From assembly GCA_041660065.1 (NCBI GenBank), contig JBAZXC010000001.1:200535-264534 (forward strand): a DNA stretch of 64,000 nucleotides, read 5' to 3'. The position numbers and the translations under genes are program-made. Below the pieces are notes generated by a model that saw nothing but the letters and a program-made list of their open reading frames with translations, did not search any database and was not told where the DNA came from. The stretch is from Parcubacteria group bacterium. GTDB taxonomy: Bacteria; Patescibacteriota; Minisyncoccia; Moranbacterales; GCA-2747515. Positions within the stretch are counted from its first letter, which is position 1; each line of letters opens with the position of its first letter. This document shows, in pieces, positions 36,987-47,903 of this stretch.

Positions 36987-38486
36987 TTATTTGGGTGTTA
37001 TTTTTTTGATACGAGAACGAATGGCACCTTCTTGTCGTCCAAATATCTTCGCAATCGTTTTGATACTTTGGTGTTTTTTGATACATGCTAAAAGTCTCTT
37101 ATCATCTTCCGGTTTCCATGGTTTACCTGCGTGAGGATACATATTTTGTGAATTTTGATGTGATTTTTTCTCTGATGAAGATGTGATTTTTTTATCCGGT
37201 TTCGCATGTATTAAAACTTTTTTCTTTTTCATCTCTTCCTGTTCAAGGGTGGCAGAAATATTTTGAAAAACATGGTCTTTTTTGAAAATGGTAGGATCGA
37301 CTTGCAGAGCAATATCATTTATACCCAAGAGCGTAATATCTCGTAATGTGCGTACACGAGAAAGAGCTACATAACCCATACCGTACTCAAAACACTTTTT
37401 CAGGTCAATCTCTGCAGCATCAAGCGTCATACCTTGGCTTTTGTGTATTGTGATCGCCCATGCTAAGCGTAGAGGCAGTTGTTTGATTTGTGCTAGTTCC
37501 TCGCCATCTTCTTCAATGAGCCATTTTTCCGGGGAGACCCTGATCTCTTCTCCGTGTAAAGTTTTTACAATCGGAAAACGATCCTCATCAAAATCAATGA
37601 CTGTGCCAATCGTACCATTGACATATCCTTGATCGAAATTATTGCGCACAAACATCACAAGTGCGCCTTTTTTGAGAATGAGCTCTTCCGGAGCGAGGCA
37701 TCCATTTTTGATCGCCTCGACTAATTTTTCATTACCATCCGATACCATCCGATACAAAAAGGACTTTTCTTTGATTTTATGCAATTCGTGATTATTTACC
37801 CTATCAACATCAATATTGTGCGTAAAAAGTTTCGTGCGTTCTTGGGCGCTATCTATTTTTTGATTAGTGGCTTTTTTGAGCAAAAGGTGTGTTTTTTCTG
37901 TTACACACTTCCCTCTTATATCAGACAAGACACGCGAGAGAGCATCTTCTTTTTGTCGATATTGCTCTGATAAGTAACAAACTTTTAAATCCATTTCTTT
38001 CCAGCTCTGTGATTGATCGATGAATTGTACGGTCGTCCCGGCGTTTTTTCGTACAGGAGGCAATTGAAAAAAATCACCAGACAAAATGATCTGCATGCCT
38101 CCGAATGATTTTACATTTTCCCGTGCACTGCGTAAGATTTTATTGATCAGATCGATCTGGTACGCATGTAGCATGGAAATCTCATCAATGATGAGCACGT
38201 CAGTCTTTGTGAGACGCTTGTGCACAAGGGGATTTCTGATGATCTTTTTTATTTCTTTTTCGCTCAGATCTTCTTTTATGCCAATGCCCGACCATGAGTG
38301 GATCGTACGACCACCAATATGTGTTGCGGCAATACCTGTAGAAGCTGTAACGGCATAGGAAATGCGGTTTTGTTTTAAATAACCAATGTATGCATTAAGC
38401 AAAAATGTTTTGCCACTGCCTGCCGGTCCAGTTAAAAAGACATTATGCCCTCTTTTCAATATATTCAATGCAAGATCCTGTTTCAT
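36987..38486 (-). CDS. Pif1/RecD-family (SF1B) DNA helicase with C-terminal HTH-like tail
   Basis: Walker A 'FLTGPAGSGKTFLL', 'VLIIDEISML', 'LSGDFFQLPPV', and 'AITIHKSQGMTLD' (UvrD_C_2-like). C-terminal basic helix 'SIKTIAKIFGRQEGAIRSRIKKI'. Confidence 0.75.
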   Translation of the reverse strand: MKQDLALNILKRGHNVFLTGPAGSGKTFLLNAYIGYLKQNRISYAVTASTGIAATHIGGRTIHSWSGIGIKEDLSEKEIKKIIRNPLVHKRLTKTDVLIIDEISMLHAYQIDLINKILRSARENVKSFGGMQIILSGDFFQLPPVRKNAGTTVQFIDQSQSWKEMDLKVCYLSEQYRQKEDALSRVLSDIRGKCVTEKTHLLLKKATNQKIDSAQERTKLFTHNIDVDRVNNHELHKIKEKSFLYRMVSDGNEKLVEAIKNGCLAPEELILKKGALVMFVRNNFDQGYVNGTIGTVIDFDEDRFPIVKTLHGEEIRVSPEKWLIEEDGEELAQIKQLPLRLAWAITIHKSQGMTLDAAEIDLKKCFEYGMGYVALSRVRTLRDITLLGINDIALQVDPTIFKKDHVFQNISATLEQEEMKKKKVLIHAKPDKKITSSSEKKSHQNSQNMYPHAGKPWKPEDDKRLLACIKKHQSIKTIAKIFGRQEGAIRSRIKKITPK

Positions 38487-38568
38487 ATAATGTAAAAATG
38501 CGGGCAGTAGTGGTGCAATGGCAAAAACCCTGTGTCATTATCGAATGCATACCCTTTTTAATTGACGT

Positions 38569-40215
38569 TTATTTTTTATTTTTTGCTGCTTTGACGAAAG
38601 CCATGAAAAGCGGATGTGGTCGTAATGGTGCGGATTGAAATTCCGGATGGAATTGCGTAGCAACAAAAAACGGATGTACAGACTGGGGCAGTTCCATGAT
38701 CTCCATAAGGATCCCATCTGGTGATGTAGCAGGAAAAATAATTCCTGCATCGATCAATCGTGGGACATACGCAGGATTTACCTCATAGCGATGTCGGTGT
38801 CTTTCACTGATCTCTTTGGATTTGTATGCTCTGTATGCGATTGTGGATTTATTTTTGATGATCGCAGGATATGCACCGAGTCGATTAGAGCCACCAAAAT
38901 CTTTTTTGAGAAGTTTTTTCTTTTGTTCAGGCATAATATCGATCACGAGATCTTTTGCTTGAGGATTGATCTCTGCCGTATGAGCATCCTTCAGTCCAAG
39001 AACGTGGCGTGCATATTCGATCACTGCGATCTGCATGCCATAACACAATCCAAAATAAGGGATTTTATTCTCACGACAATACTGTGCAACGCTGATCTTC
39101 CCTTCTATGCCACGCGAGCCATAGCCACCAGGCACAACGATGCCATCATAATTTTTGAGTTGCTGAAGAAGTTCCGGGGTTTTTTCATATGCGGTACTGT
39201 CGAGCCACGCCAATTCCGGTTTGCAACCATTGTGGATGGCTGCATGCTTGATCGCTTCAATTACACTGATATAGGCGTCAGAAAGCACAAAATCACCGGT
39301 TTCAAAATACTTGCCCACAATGCCGATTTTTACAGGTTTTTTTGCACTTTCGATTTTTTGTACAAATGTGTTCCATTCCTTCATATCCGTTTTGCGCGGT
39401 GTGAGGCCGAGTTTTTTCAAAACGATGCTACTGAGATTATCTTTTTCAAAATTGATCGGCACATGATAAATACTTTCAACATCCGGCGCACTGATCACAC
39501 TTTTTTTATCCACGCTACAACTCATGGCGATCTTTTCTTTTCGTTTGTCATCAAGTGGCACTTCAGATCGTGCTACGATGATATCCGGTTGGATGCCGGC
39601 ACCATTCAAAGTGCGTGCTGCGTATTGAGTTGGTTTTGTCTTCATCTCCCCAACCTTGCTTGGTAGCGGGACATAACTTACCAACACAAAAAGAACATCG
39701 CGAGGATATTTCAGTTTCATCATGCGTGCCGCTTCCAGGAACAAAATATTTTGATATTCACCAATCGTACCGCCAATTTCCGTGATAATGATTTCGGCAT
39801 TTTCCCTTTTGGCTGCTTTTTCTATGCGGTCAATGATCTCTAATGGAATATGCGGTACAACCTCAACACATTTGCCGTGATAGTCGCCACGACGCTCACG
39901 TTCAATCACGGACTGATATACACGCCCTGTGGTCATATAGTTGGTACGAGGTAAAGATATGCCCAAAAAACGTTCATAATTCCCCATATCTTGATCGGTT
40001 TCATCACCATCTGCAAGTACAAATACCTCGCCATGCTCTGTGGGATTCATTGTCCCGGCATCAACATTGATATAGGGATCAACCTTTAGTGCTGTCACCG
40101 AAAAACCACGTGATTGCACGATTTTGGCGATTGAAGATGCTGTGATTCCTTTCCCTACGCCACTCATTACACCGCCTACGACAAAAATATATTTCTTTCT
40201 ATTTTTTTTCTTCAT
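38569..40215 (-). CDS. pyrG: CTP synthase
   Basis: 'YIFVVGGVMSGVGKGITASSIAKI', 'TALKVDPYINVDAGTMNPTEHGEVFV', and the glutamine amidotransferase domain 'GLCYGMQIAVIEYAR'. Start taken at MKKKNRKKYIF; the track ORF extends to 40335. Confidence 0.92.
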   Translation of the reverse strand: MKKKNRKKYIFVVGGVMSGVGKGITASSIAKIVQSRGFSVTALKVDPYINVDAGTMNPTEHGEVFVLADGDETDQDMGNYERFLGISLPRTNYMTTGRVYQSVIERERRGDYHGKCVEVVPHIPLEIIDRIEKAAKRENAEIIITEIGGTIGEYQNILFLEAARMMKLKYPRDVLFVLVSYVPLPSKVGEMKTKPTQYAARTLNGAGIQPDIIVARSEVPLDDKRKEKIAMSCSVDKKSVISAPDVESIYHVPINFEKDNLSSIVLKKLGLTPRKTDMKEWNTFVQKIESAKKPVKIGIVGKYFETGDFVLSDAYISVIEAIKHAAIHNGCKPELAWLDSTAYEKTPELLQQLKNYDGIVVPGGYGSRGIEGKISVAQYCRENKIPYFGLCYGMQIAVIEYARHVLGLKDAHTAEINPQAKDLVIDIMPEQKKKLLKKDFGGSNRLGAYPAIIKNKSTIAYRAYKSKEISERHRHRYEVNPAYVPRLIDAGIIFPATSPDGILMEIMELPQSVHPFFVATQFHPEFQSAPLRPHPLFMAFVKAAKNKK

Positions 40216-40312
40216 ATTAATTATATTAAAAATTGCATTTACACAGACAAAGAGTTGCTCCCCCGAAAAGAAACAACTCTGTGTTGTTATAAATGTATGA
40301 TGTTGAAATAAA

Positions 40313-40756
40313 CTATTTACTTGCAACCGTAACAATTACTCCAGCAGAAATATCATATCCATAATCGATGCGCACCTCACATGTTGTCAATTCTTTGATC
40401 GCAGTTTTTAGAAGAACGCTTTTTTCACTGATCTGCACACCTAATTGTTCACCAATTGCTGTGGCAATATCTTTTTGTGTCACAGAACCGAACAATTTGT
40501 CGCCTTTTGCTTGTGCGTAAACAGTAACTTTCTTTTTATCGATCTTTTTTGCATCTTCACGCAGACGCTCTTTCATTGCGTCAAATTCTTTTTGCCTCTT
40601 TATCTCATCACGTTTTACTGCTGCAATCACTTGCTCTGTGGCCGGCTTCGCGATTTTTTGTGGGATAAGACTGTTAAAAGCAAAACCGTCAGAGACTGTA
40701 ACGAGGTCACCTTTTTTTCCGAGCTTCTTATTGTCTTGTAATAATATCATTTTCAT
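40313..40756 (-). CDS. rplI: 50S ribosomal protein L9
   Basis: 'M(K)MILLQDNKKLGKKGDLVTVSDGFAFNSLIPQKIA' matches the L9 N-domain. Start at 40756 or 40750. Confidence 0.85.
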   Translation of the reverse strand: MKMILLQDNKKLGKKGDLVTVSDGFAFNSLIPQKIAKPATEQVIAAVKRDEIKRQKEFDAMKERLREDAKKIDKKKVTVYAQAKGDKLFGSVTQKDIATAIGEQLGVQISEKSVLLKTAIKELTTCEVRIDYGYDISAGVIVTVASK

Positions 40757-40766
40757 CCTTTTGGTA

Positions 40767-41441
40767 TTATACATGAGTTGTTTTTTTCATGCAAGAATCA
40801 ACATGAACGACATATACCATTGTAAAATATGCCGTTAGCGCCTTAAAAAATTCGATGTCATTTCCCGCTTTTTCGCTATATGGAAGAGCGATACATGTGC
40901 GCAAACTCTGATTTTGTGCATCAGAGTACACAAAGAGAATATCTTTATGACGATAGCTTCGCGTTTGTGTTTCTTTGCAAAAAAGCGCATCCGGCAAATG
41001 TTTGAAATTATTCGTTCCATTGATCTTCCCCAAAGATTTCTTATCTTCAAGAGACAGGAAACGAAATGAAAAGATGTTTGTATAGGGCAACAATGCCATG
41101 GCGCGTGTTACGGCACTGCTATAATCGTCGGCATTCATGTGAGAAAGGTCAGAAAAAATTTCGTACATAATGTCCGTGCGACGATTGCTGTGCCCGATGT
41201 ATGAATATGACTCGGATAGATCCTTTTGCGCTCTGGCAAATAATCTCTGCAAACGTACACGATCACGCAATGTCTGAAAAACTTGATAATCACGCATTCT
41301 ATAGATGGTAAAACTTACAATTCCCGCAAGAAGCAAAATCAATGCTTCCACATCATCCTCTGAAAAAAACCACACGCCATGCAATACCATATACGGTGTC
41401 GCCACGATGACGACAAATATTGCGAGATAGAGAAAAAACAT
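40767..41441 (-). CDS. Hypothetical membrane protein
   Basis: Two N-terminal transmembrane helices followed by a ~150-aa soluble domain. No motif recognised. Confidence 0.4.
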   Translation of the reverse strand: MFFLYLAIFVVIVATPYMVLHGVWFFSEDDVEALILLLAGIVSFTIYRMRDYQVFQTLRDRVRLQRLFARAQKDLSESYSYIGHSNRRTDIMYEIFSDLSHMNADDYSSAVTRAMALLPYTNIFSFRFLSLEDKKSLGKINGTNNFKHLPDALFCKETQTRSYRHKDILFVYSDAQNQSLRTCIALPYSEKAGNDIEFFKALTAYFTMVYVVHVDSCMKKTTHV

Positions 41442-41445
41442 GATT

Positions 41446-42318
41446 TTATATATTTTTTAATGATTTAATATATTTTTTTAGACGATCCTTGATTTCTGGA
41501 TGGTGTAATCCCATTTGAATTGTCGCTTGTACGAAACCGAATTTATCACCACAATCATAGCGCGTGCCATCCACCTCATAACCGTAAATTGGTCGATTAT
41601 TTTCGATCATGCGCACAAAGGCATTGGCGAGACGAATTTCTCCCTTATCGTTGACCGATTCTTCCAATTTATCAAATATCTCCGGTGTAATAATATACTT
41701 CCCCACTGCGATCAAATTTGATGGTGCATCTTGAGTCTTTGGTTTTTCGACAAACCGACGAATTTCAAAAAGTCGATCATCGATTTTTACGGGATCCACA
41801 ACGCCAAAACGGTGTACATCTTCGTCCGGCACGGTACATAAGGCAATGACCGGATCAGTGTATTTTTCAAAGACGTCGATCAATTGTTTGATTGCGGGGA
41901 TTTTTCCATCAATGATATCATCGCCAAAAAGAACGGCAACAGACTCATCGGGATGCACGAGATGCCGTGCGCATAAAACCGCATGTCCATCTCCCAATGG
42001 TTCCGGTTGTCGTACATAACTAAATTTTGCGAGACCGGAAATTTTACGCACGGCGTCCAATAAATCATGCTTGTCTTTTTCTACAAGTGTACGTTCCAAT
42101 TCAAATGATGTATCAAAGTGATCTTCTATTGCACGCTTGCCACGACCAGTGACAAATATGATCTCTTCGATACCGGAAGCGACTGCTTCTTCTACCAAAT
42201 ATTGAATCACCGGCTTATCAACAATCGGTAACATTTCTTTTGGTTGTGCTTTGGTTGCTGGCAAGAAACGTGTTCCAAAACCTGCAACCGGTAATATGGC
42301 TTTTGTGATCCTTTTCAT
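41446..42318 (-). CDS. galU: UTP--glucose-1-phosphate uridylyltransferase
   Basis: 'KAILPVAGFGTRFLPATKAQPKEMLPIVDKPVIQYLVEEA' is the canonical GalU N-terminus. Confidence 0.9.
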   Translation of the reverse strand: MKRITKAILPVAGFGTRFLPATKAQPKEMLPIVDKPVIQYLVEEAVASGIEEIIFVTGRGKRAIEDHFDTSFELERTLVEKDKHDLLDAVRKISGLAKFSYVRQPEPLGDGHAVLCARHLVHPDESVAVLFGDDIIDGKIPAIKQLIDVFEKYTDPVIALCTVPDEDVHRFGVVDPVKIDDRLFEIRRFVEKPKTQDAPSNLIAVGKYIITPEIFDKLEESVNDKGEIRLANAFVRMIENNRPIYGYEVDGTRYDCGDKFGFVQATIQMGLHHPEIKDRLKKYIKSLKNI

Positions 42319-42406
42319 AAAATATGTGTATTGCTGTTAAATTTTACTCTATTGTAGTAAGAAAAAAGCGATCGTGCAACTATTGTTGCCAGATCGCTCA
42401 GAAAAA

Positions 42407-43228
42407 TCAATCTATATCACGACATGCATGCAATTGCGCCTTGCCGATCGCTTTATTGCGGTCAAAGCCTTTGTGTAGCGCTTCCAAAAGAATTGGGTCG
42501 AACTTTTCTACAAACCCTTTCTTGATCGCAAGAACATTTGCCTCGTGCCATGATTCGATTGTTCCTGCATCCAACCATTCACCCGCGATCTCATGCAATT
42601 GCAGAGTACCTTTCTGTAGATAATAATTGTGCAGATCAACAATTTCGTACTCTCCGCGCTCTGATGGCGTGAGAGTTTTCGCCACGTTAATCACGTCATT
42701 ATCATAAATGTATGCTCCGGGAATTGCGAGACTGCTTTCCGGTTTGATGGGTTTTTCTACGATGTTTGTGACAATGCCCTTTTTGTTCACTGTCGCAACA
42801 GCAAACCGTTCCGGATCCGGCACTTTTTTGGCAAAAATACAGCCACCTTTGCGAAATTTTTTGACTGCATCAGCAATTGCCTCCACATCCTCAAAAATAT
42901 TATCTCCCAGGATCATCGTCACATTATCTTCCCCGATGAACGGTGCACCAATTGTGAATGCTTCCGGTAATCCGGCGGGAATCTGCTGGACGGATGAAAA
43001 GATGGATATGCCATATGGACGTAAAAGTGGTTCAAGCATGTTTACAAAACTGCCACTGTGTTGCGGTGATGTGATGATGAGAATATCCTTAATGCCTGCC
43101 TTGAGCAACACATTGAGCGGATGAAAAATCATCGGCACACGACCGACCGGCAACATCTGTTTTGATGTTTGATCTGTGAGAGGCCACAATCGCGACCCTG
43201 TTCCTCCGGCTAATATAATACCTTTCAT
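42407..43228 (-). CDS. rmlA: Glucose-1-phosphate thymidylyltransferase-like nucleotidyltransferase
   Basis: 'MKGIILAGGTGSRLWPLTDQTSKQMLPVG' and 'ILGDNIFE'. The upstream Lys-rich in-frame extension (to 43270) is of uncertain status. Confidence 0.75.
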   Translation of the reverse strand: MKGIILAGGTGSRLWPLTDQTSKQMLPVGRVPMIFHPLNVLLKAGIKDILIITSPQHSGSFVNMLEPLLRPYGISIFSSVQQIPAGLPEAFTIGAPFIGEDNVTMILGDNIFEDVEAIADAVKKFRKGGCIFAKKVPDPERFAVATVNKKGIVTNIVEKPIKPESSLAIPGAYIYDNDVINVAKTLTPSERGEYEIVDLHNYYLQKGTLQLHEIAGEWLDAGTIESWHEANVLAIKKGFVEKFDPILLEALHKGFDRNKAIGKAQLHACRDID

Positions 43229-43312
43229 TTGCACCTTCCTTTTGGATTTTTTGATGGTTTTTTTCTTCATATAAAGAACGTTTAATCAGATTAAACAAAT
43301 ATTGGTAAAAAA

Positions 43313-44548
43313 TCAAGTGTAGAGAGGAAATTTTTTGCAAAGTGCGCGTACCTCTTTGTGGATACGTATACTAAGTGCCTTGTTTGCATGATCATTGCAT
43401 ACATCATTGATCCACTGCGCAATCATGATCATTTCTTTTTCCTTCATGCCACGCGTTGTGATCGCTTGAACACCGAGCCGAATACCACTTGGGTCAAATG
43501 GACTGCGTGAATCATCAGGGACCATATTCTTGTTAAGTGTAATACCCACAGCATCGAGAGCGACCTCCGCTTGTTTACCGGTAATATTTTTACTTTTTAG
43601 TATATCAATGAGCAGGAGATGGTTTTCCGTTTTCCCAAAACAAATATGAAAACCGTGTTTTTTTAATTCCCTTTCCATCACTTTTGCATTGAGAAGAATC
43701 TGTTGTGCGTATTTTTTGAAAGATGGCTTGAGAGCTTCTCCAAGCGCAACGGCTTTTGCTGCGGTGTTGTTCATGTGTGGGCCACCTTGAAATCCCGGAA
43801 ATGTTGCTTTGTCGATCGCTTGCGCAAACTTTTTTTTGCACAGGATCATGCCACCACGCGGTCCGCGCAATGTTTTATGTGTCGTCGTCGTCACCACATC
43901 ACACACACGTACAGGATTTGGGATCACGCCTCCGGCGACCAGTCCGGCGATATGTGCCATGTCCATCATAAGGACGGCACCAACTTCATCGGCGATCTTG
44001 CGAAATTTTGTATAAGATAAATTGCGCGAATACGCAGAAAATCCCGCGAGAAGCATTTTTGGTTTGTGTTCAATCGCCAATGCGCGCAATTTTTCATAAT
44101 CGATCGTGCCGTCTTTTTCTGTTTTGTAACGGATGAAATTATAGATCTTTGCCGGAAGTGTCACAGGATGTCCATGCGTCAGATGTCCGCCATGACCGAG
44201 ATCCATGCCCAACACTGTATCGCCCGGTTCCAATAGTGCGCTGTATACGATCATATTTGCCGGTGCACCGGAGTGTGGTTGCACATTGACATGCTCGGCG
44301 CCAAAAAGTTTTTTGGCACGATCGATTGCGAGATTTTCAATTTTATCAGTAAACTCTTGTCCGCCATAATATCGTTTACCGGGATACCCTTCGGAATATT
44401 TGTTGGTCATCACACTTCCCAATGCCTCCAAAACCGCCGGAGATACATAGTTTTCCGACGCAATGAGCTCCAAACCCTCTTGCTGTCTCTTCAACTCATC
44501 GTGAATGATCTTATATACGGTCTTATCTTTCTTTTGTAATATGCTCAT
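43313..44548 (-). CDS. glyA: Serine hydroxymethyltransferase
   Basis: '[36 protein letters not shown]' and the PLP-lysine region '[14 protein letters not shown]'. Confidence 0.93.
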   Translation of the reverse strand: MSILQKKDKTVYKIIHDELKRQQEGLELIASENYVSPAVLEALGSVMTNKYSEGYPGKRYYGGQEFTDKIENLAIDRAKKLFGAEHVNVQPHSGAPANMIVYSALLEPGDTVLGMDLGHGGHLTHGHPVTLPAKIYNFIRYKTEKDGTIDYEKLRALAIEHKPKMLLAGFSAYSRNLSYTKFRKIADEVGAVLMMDMAHIAGLVAGGVIPNPVRVCDVVTTTTHKTLRGPRGGMILCKKKFAQAIDKATFPGFQGGPHMNNTAAKAVALGEALKPSFKKYAQQILLNAKVMERELKKHGFHICFGKTENHLLLIDILKSKNITGKQAEVALDAVGITLNKNMVPDDSRSPFDPSGIRLGVQAITTRGMKEKEMIMIAQWINDVCNDHANKALSIRIHKEVRALCKKFPLYT

Positions 44549-44742
44549 AAGGTGTTTTGAATAATCGATCTAAAAACTCTCACAATTATCATCATACAAC
44601 CATCACACCAATCTGTAAAATAGCGCCACAATCACTTGTTTTGTCAATATTTACACACAACGACAGATTCTGTAGACTTCTTACAATATCGTTACTTTAA
44701 CAAATTGATGCCAACCTTTAATCAAAAACGACAAGGAGAATA

Positions 44743-44871
44743 GGATGAATGATCAAGTGAAAATATTTGACCACGATGGTTGTATTGATAAAAAAATTGT
44801 CGGAAGATTTTTTGATTTCGTATGTAACACTTTCCCTAAAAAAACAAGGGGGGGCGTAGCGGAAAGAACTT
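44743..44871 (+). CDS. Possible mini-ORF (42 aa)
   Basis: RBS aaggag 7 nt upstream. MNDQVKIFDHDGCIDKKIVGRFFDFVCNTFPKKTRGGVAERT. Below the track threshold; no homology signal. Confidence 0.25.
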
Positions 44872-44979
44872 AAGGGTAATTCAGCATATGCAACACCAAT
44901 TTTTAAGGGACAAGTCCGGATAAAAAGAGATGACCTTGATTCTTTTGCCAAAAAAAATAATACTTCGGCAGAAAATCTC

Positions 44980-45435
44980 ATGATCCAGTTTCATGCAAGT
45001 TCCAATTCCGCACCGCAAAGCACAGGAGGATCAAAAGAAACTCGTTCAAAGTTCCTTGCCGGATTACAGGCTTTGCTTTTTGCAAAAAATCCCCATATGA
45101 AAGATGGTCGTGTGTTTTGCGGAAAACTCAATGAGGGATCACCTGCCAATGGACAAAATCACTATGAAAGATTTTTGGCAGATGGCACAATGCCGGCATT
45201 TTGGCTTGATCTGATTGTGGATCCAAATAAGCGTGAGGCATTCACTGCGCAATACATGTCGCAAGAAAAAGATCCTGAAAAATCATCCGATGCATTACCC
45301 CATGCTTCTGAGCCGTCTGCAAACCAGGTAAAGATCATCACAAAATTTTGTGAACTACCGCAGGAATTCATCGATCCATGCTTTGGAAAAAATATTTCCT
45401 GCGCACGTGAAAGAAATCCTGTTACAAAAATCTAA
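44980..45435 (+). CDS. Hypothetical protein (151 aa)
   Basis: ORF followed by the bidirectional terminator atgatcacagtcgtcaaatgacagctgtgatcat (45441-45483). No motif recognised. Confidence 0.4.
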   Translation: MIQFHASSNSAPQSTGGSKETRSKFLAGLQALLFAKNPHMKDGRVFCGKLNEGSPANGQNHYERFLADGTMPAFWLDLIVDPNKREAFTAQYMSQEKDPEKSSDALPHASEPSANQVKIITKFCELPQEFIDPCFGKNISCARERNPVTKI

Positions 45436-45503
45436 AAACGAAACATGATCACAGTCGTCAAATGACAGCTGTGATCATTTTTATTTACGATCAATATGCG
45501 TAA

Positions 45504-47867
45504 TTACCGTCGCACTGTTATATCGTCATCTTTTTCAAGTGCCTCAATAATGTACATGATCTGCACATCCACCTCCTCGGAGGCAAGTGTACGATCATCT
45601 GCTCCAAAAATAATATGAAATGCGAGTGAGCGCTCTTCTGTTTCTGCATTGTCATAAATATCAAAGACATCCACATCTTTGATGTTGGTGCCACCGGACG
45701 CATAAATGACCCGTTCTATATCCGCCACACGCGTGTATTGAGGTACGAGCAGAGAGAGATCACGTGTTACGATTGGATATTTGACAAGTGGTGCATAAAA
45801 GTTTTCTGCACGCATTTCCTGAAAAATTTGCACAATATTCAACTCACCCACAGCAACGCGGTCTCTTTTGATCCCATAAAACTTCTGTGTCTTTTTTGCA
45901 ACTTCACCAACCCATCCCAACGCCTTTCCTTCTGTTGTACGCACGAGTGCGCGTCTCGACGGATGCAAATTTGGTATATGTTCTTCATTCTCATCAAACA
46001 CATCGTCAAAATAGATTTCGCCGATATTGCATAGTGTGCAAATGTTTTCTATCAAACCTTTTATTTCATAAAACTGGGATCCGTCAATTTCCCGCGATGC
46101 AACGGCAAAACCGAGAACTAATTTTTCATCCGGCAACACATGTTTTGTAGGATCATAGATGCGTCCAATGTCACACAACCTGATCTCCGGGAAATAACTC
46201 AGGTTTTTTTTGATCGCACGGCATAGTTCTGGCATAAGCGATCGTCGCATGACCGCATGTTCCGGTGTGAGTGGATTGAGCACTGCAACGTGATTTTCAT
46301 CATTCAAGCCAATCGCTTTTGCATCCTCGCGTGCATAAAACGAATATCCCTTGATCTCATCAAAACCGCTCGCAATGCATGCATCCATAAGCGTACGTTC
46401 ACATTGTCGCAATTCATTTTTTTTCGGTGTTGAAATGTTTTCCTGCAGTGGTTTTTTTGTGATTTTCTCATAACCATAGACGCGTCCGATCTCTTCGATC
46501 AGATCTTCTTGTGTTGTGAGATCACGGCGGATCGTCGGCACAGTTACTACAAGTGTATCATTTTTCTCAGTCGTTTGGATTTGCATGCCAAGTCGCACCA
46601 AAATATCTGTTATTGTTTCTTCCGCAACATCTGCACCGAGTAATTTGCTCACCATCGATAATGACAGTTCGATGCCCCATTCCTTGACCGGGAGAGGATA
46701 AATGTCGCGTACTGCGACTACATGTGCGTGACACACCTCTGATAATAGCGCTACGGCTCGCTCTGTGGCATATGCGGTCAAATTTGGATCAATATCACGC
46801 TCATAGCGAAAAGCTGCATCAGTGAGGAGATTGTGCCGTCTCTGTGTATAGCGAATTGTCGGCGCATCAAATGACGCGCTTTCCAAAACGATCTCTGAGG
46901 TTGCTTCTGTGATCCCGCTTTCTTTTCCGCCCATGACACCGGCTATGGCAATCGGACGGACTCCATCCGTGATCACCATATCATCCTGCGTCAACGTTTT
47001 TTCTGTATCATCCAAAAGCATGATCTTTTCTCCTTCCTGCGCCTGACGTACAAGAATTTTTTTCACATGATCTGCAGAAAACGCATGGAGAGGTTGTCCG
47101 GTCTCCAACATCACATAATTGGTAATATCTACAACAGCATTAATTGATTTAACCCCACAAACACGCAATCGATCCACGATCCACTGGGGTGTCTCTCGGT
47201 TTTGTACACCATCCATTGCAACGGCGATATAACGATTACACTTTTTTGTATCGATCGTAACATCATACTGTGTTGCCACATCCGGCACAATGCCATTCAA
47301 CACGATCGGGGACTTCCCTTCCAGTGCTCTAATTTCATTGGCTATGCCAATATGCGACAGACAATCATGCCCGCGATTTGGCAATATTTTGATGTCAATT
47401 ACAGCATCATTGCGTCCTGTGTATTCTGTAAAAGATCCGCCAATCGGCGCATCAGGATTTAACACGATGATCGTATCATGGTTATTGCTGATCCCTAGCT
47501 CATCCTCCGCACAAATCATACCATTGGATTCCACGCCGCGAATTTTATTTTTCTTGATCGTAAGTCCACATGGCAATTCTGATCCTATCAAAGCCACAGG
47601 CACCTTTTGTCCCGCCTCCAAATTTGGTGCACCGCAGACTATTTGCAACGTTTCCGCGCCAATATGTACTGTCGCCACATGCAAACGATCGGCATCAGGA
47701 TGTTGTTCTTTTGTAAGCACCTCCCCAATTACGACTTTTTCCAATCCTTTTGACATGTCGTCGATGCTTTCAATTTCAAAACTGTGCGTAAGCAATAACT
47801 GCGCGATCTCATCAACCGTTTTTGTCGTTCCGCTCAATTCTTTGATCCATTTGTAACTATATTTCAT
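45504..47867 (-). CDS. pheT: Phenylalanine--tRNA ligase beta subunit
   Basis: 787 aa; N-terminal tRNA-binding domain (MKYSYKWIKEL...), B3/4 and B5 domains. Adjacent to pheS. Confidence 0.9.
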   Translation of the reverse strand: MKYSYKWIKELSGTTKTVDEIAQLLLTHSFEIESIDDMSKGLEKVVIGEVLTKEQHPDADRLHVATVHIGAETLQIVCGAPNLEAGQKVPVALIGSELPCGLTIKKNKIRGVESNGMICAEDELGISNNHDTIIVLNPDAPIGGSFTEYTGRNDAVIDIKILPNRGHDCLSHIGIANEIRALEGKSPIVLNGIVPDVATQYDVTIDTKKCNRYIAVAMDGVQNRETPQWIVDRLRVCGVKSINAVVDITNYVMLETGQPLHAFSADHVKKILVRQAQEGEKIMLLDDTEKTLTQDDMVITDGVRPIAIAGVMGGKESGITEATSEIVLESASFDAPTIRYTQRRHNLLTDAAFRYERDIDPNLTAYATERAVALLSEVCHAHVVAVRDIYPLPVKEWGIELSLSMVSKLLGADVAEETITDILVRLGMQIQTTEKNDTLVVTVPTIRRDLTTQEDLIEEIGRVYGYEKITKKPLQENISTPKKNELRQCERTLMDACIASGFDEIKGYSFYAREDAKAIGLNDENHVAVLNPLTPEHAVMRRSLMPELCRAIKKNLSYFPEIRLCDIGRIYDPTKHVLPDEKLVLGFAVASREIDGSQFYEIKGLIENICTLCNIGEIYFDDVFDENEEHIPNLHPSRRALVRTTEGKALGWVGEVAKKTQKFYGIKRDRVAVGELNIVQIFQEMRAENFYAPLVKYPIVTRDLSLLVPQYTRVADIERVIYASGGTNIKDVDVFDIYDNAETEERSLAFHIIFGADDRTLASEEVDVQIMYIIEALEKDDDITVRR

Positions 47868-47903
47868 AAAATGTAATATTTAGTACCTTGATATACACAT
47901 TGT

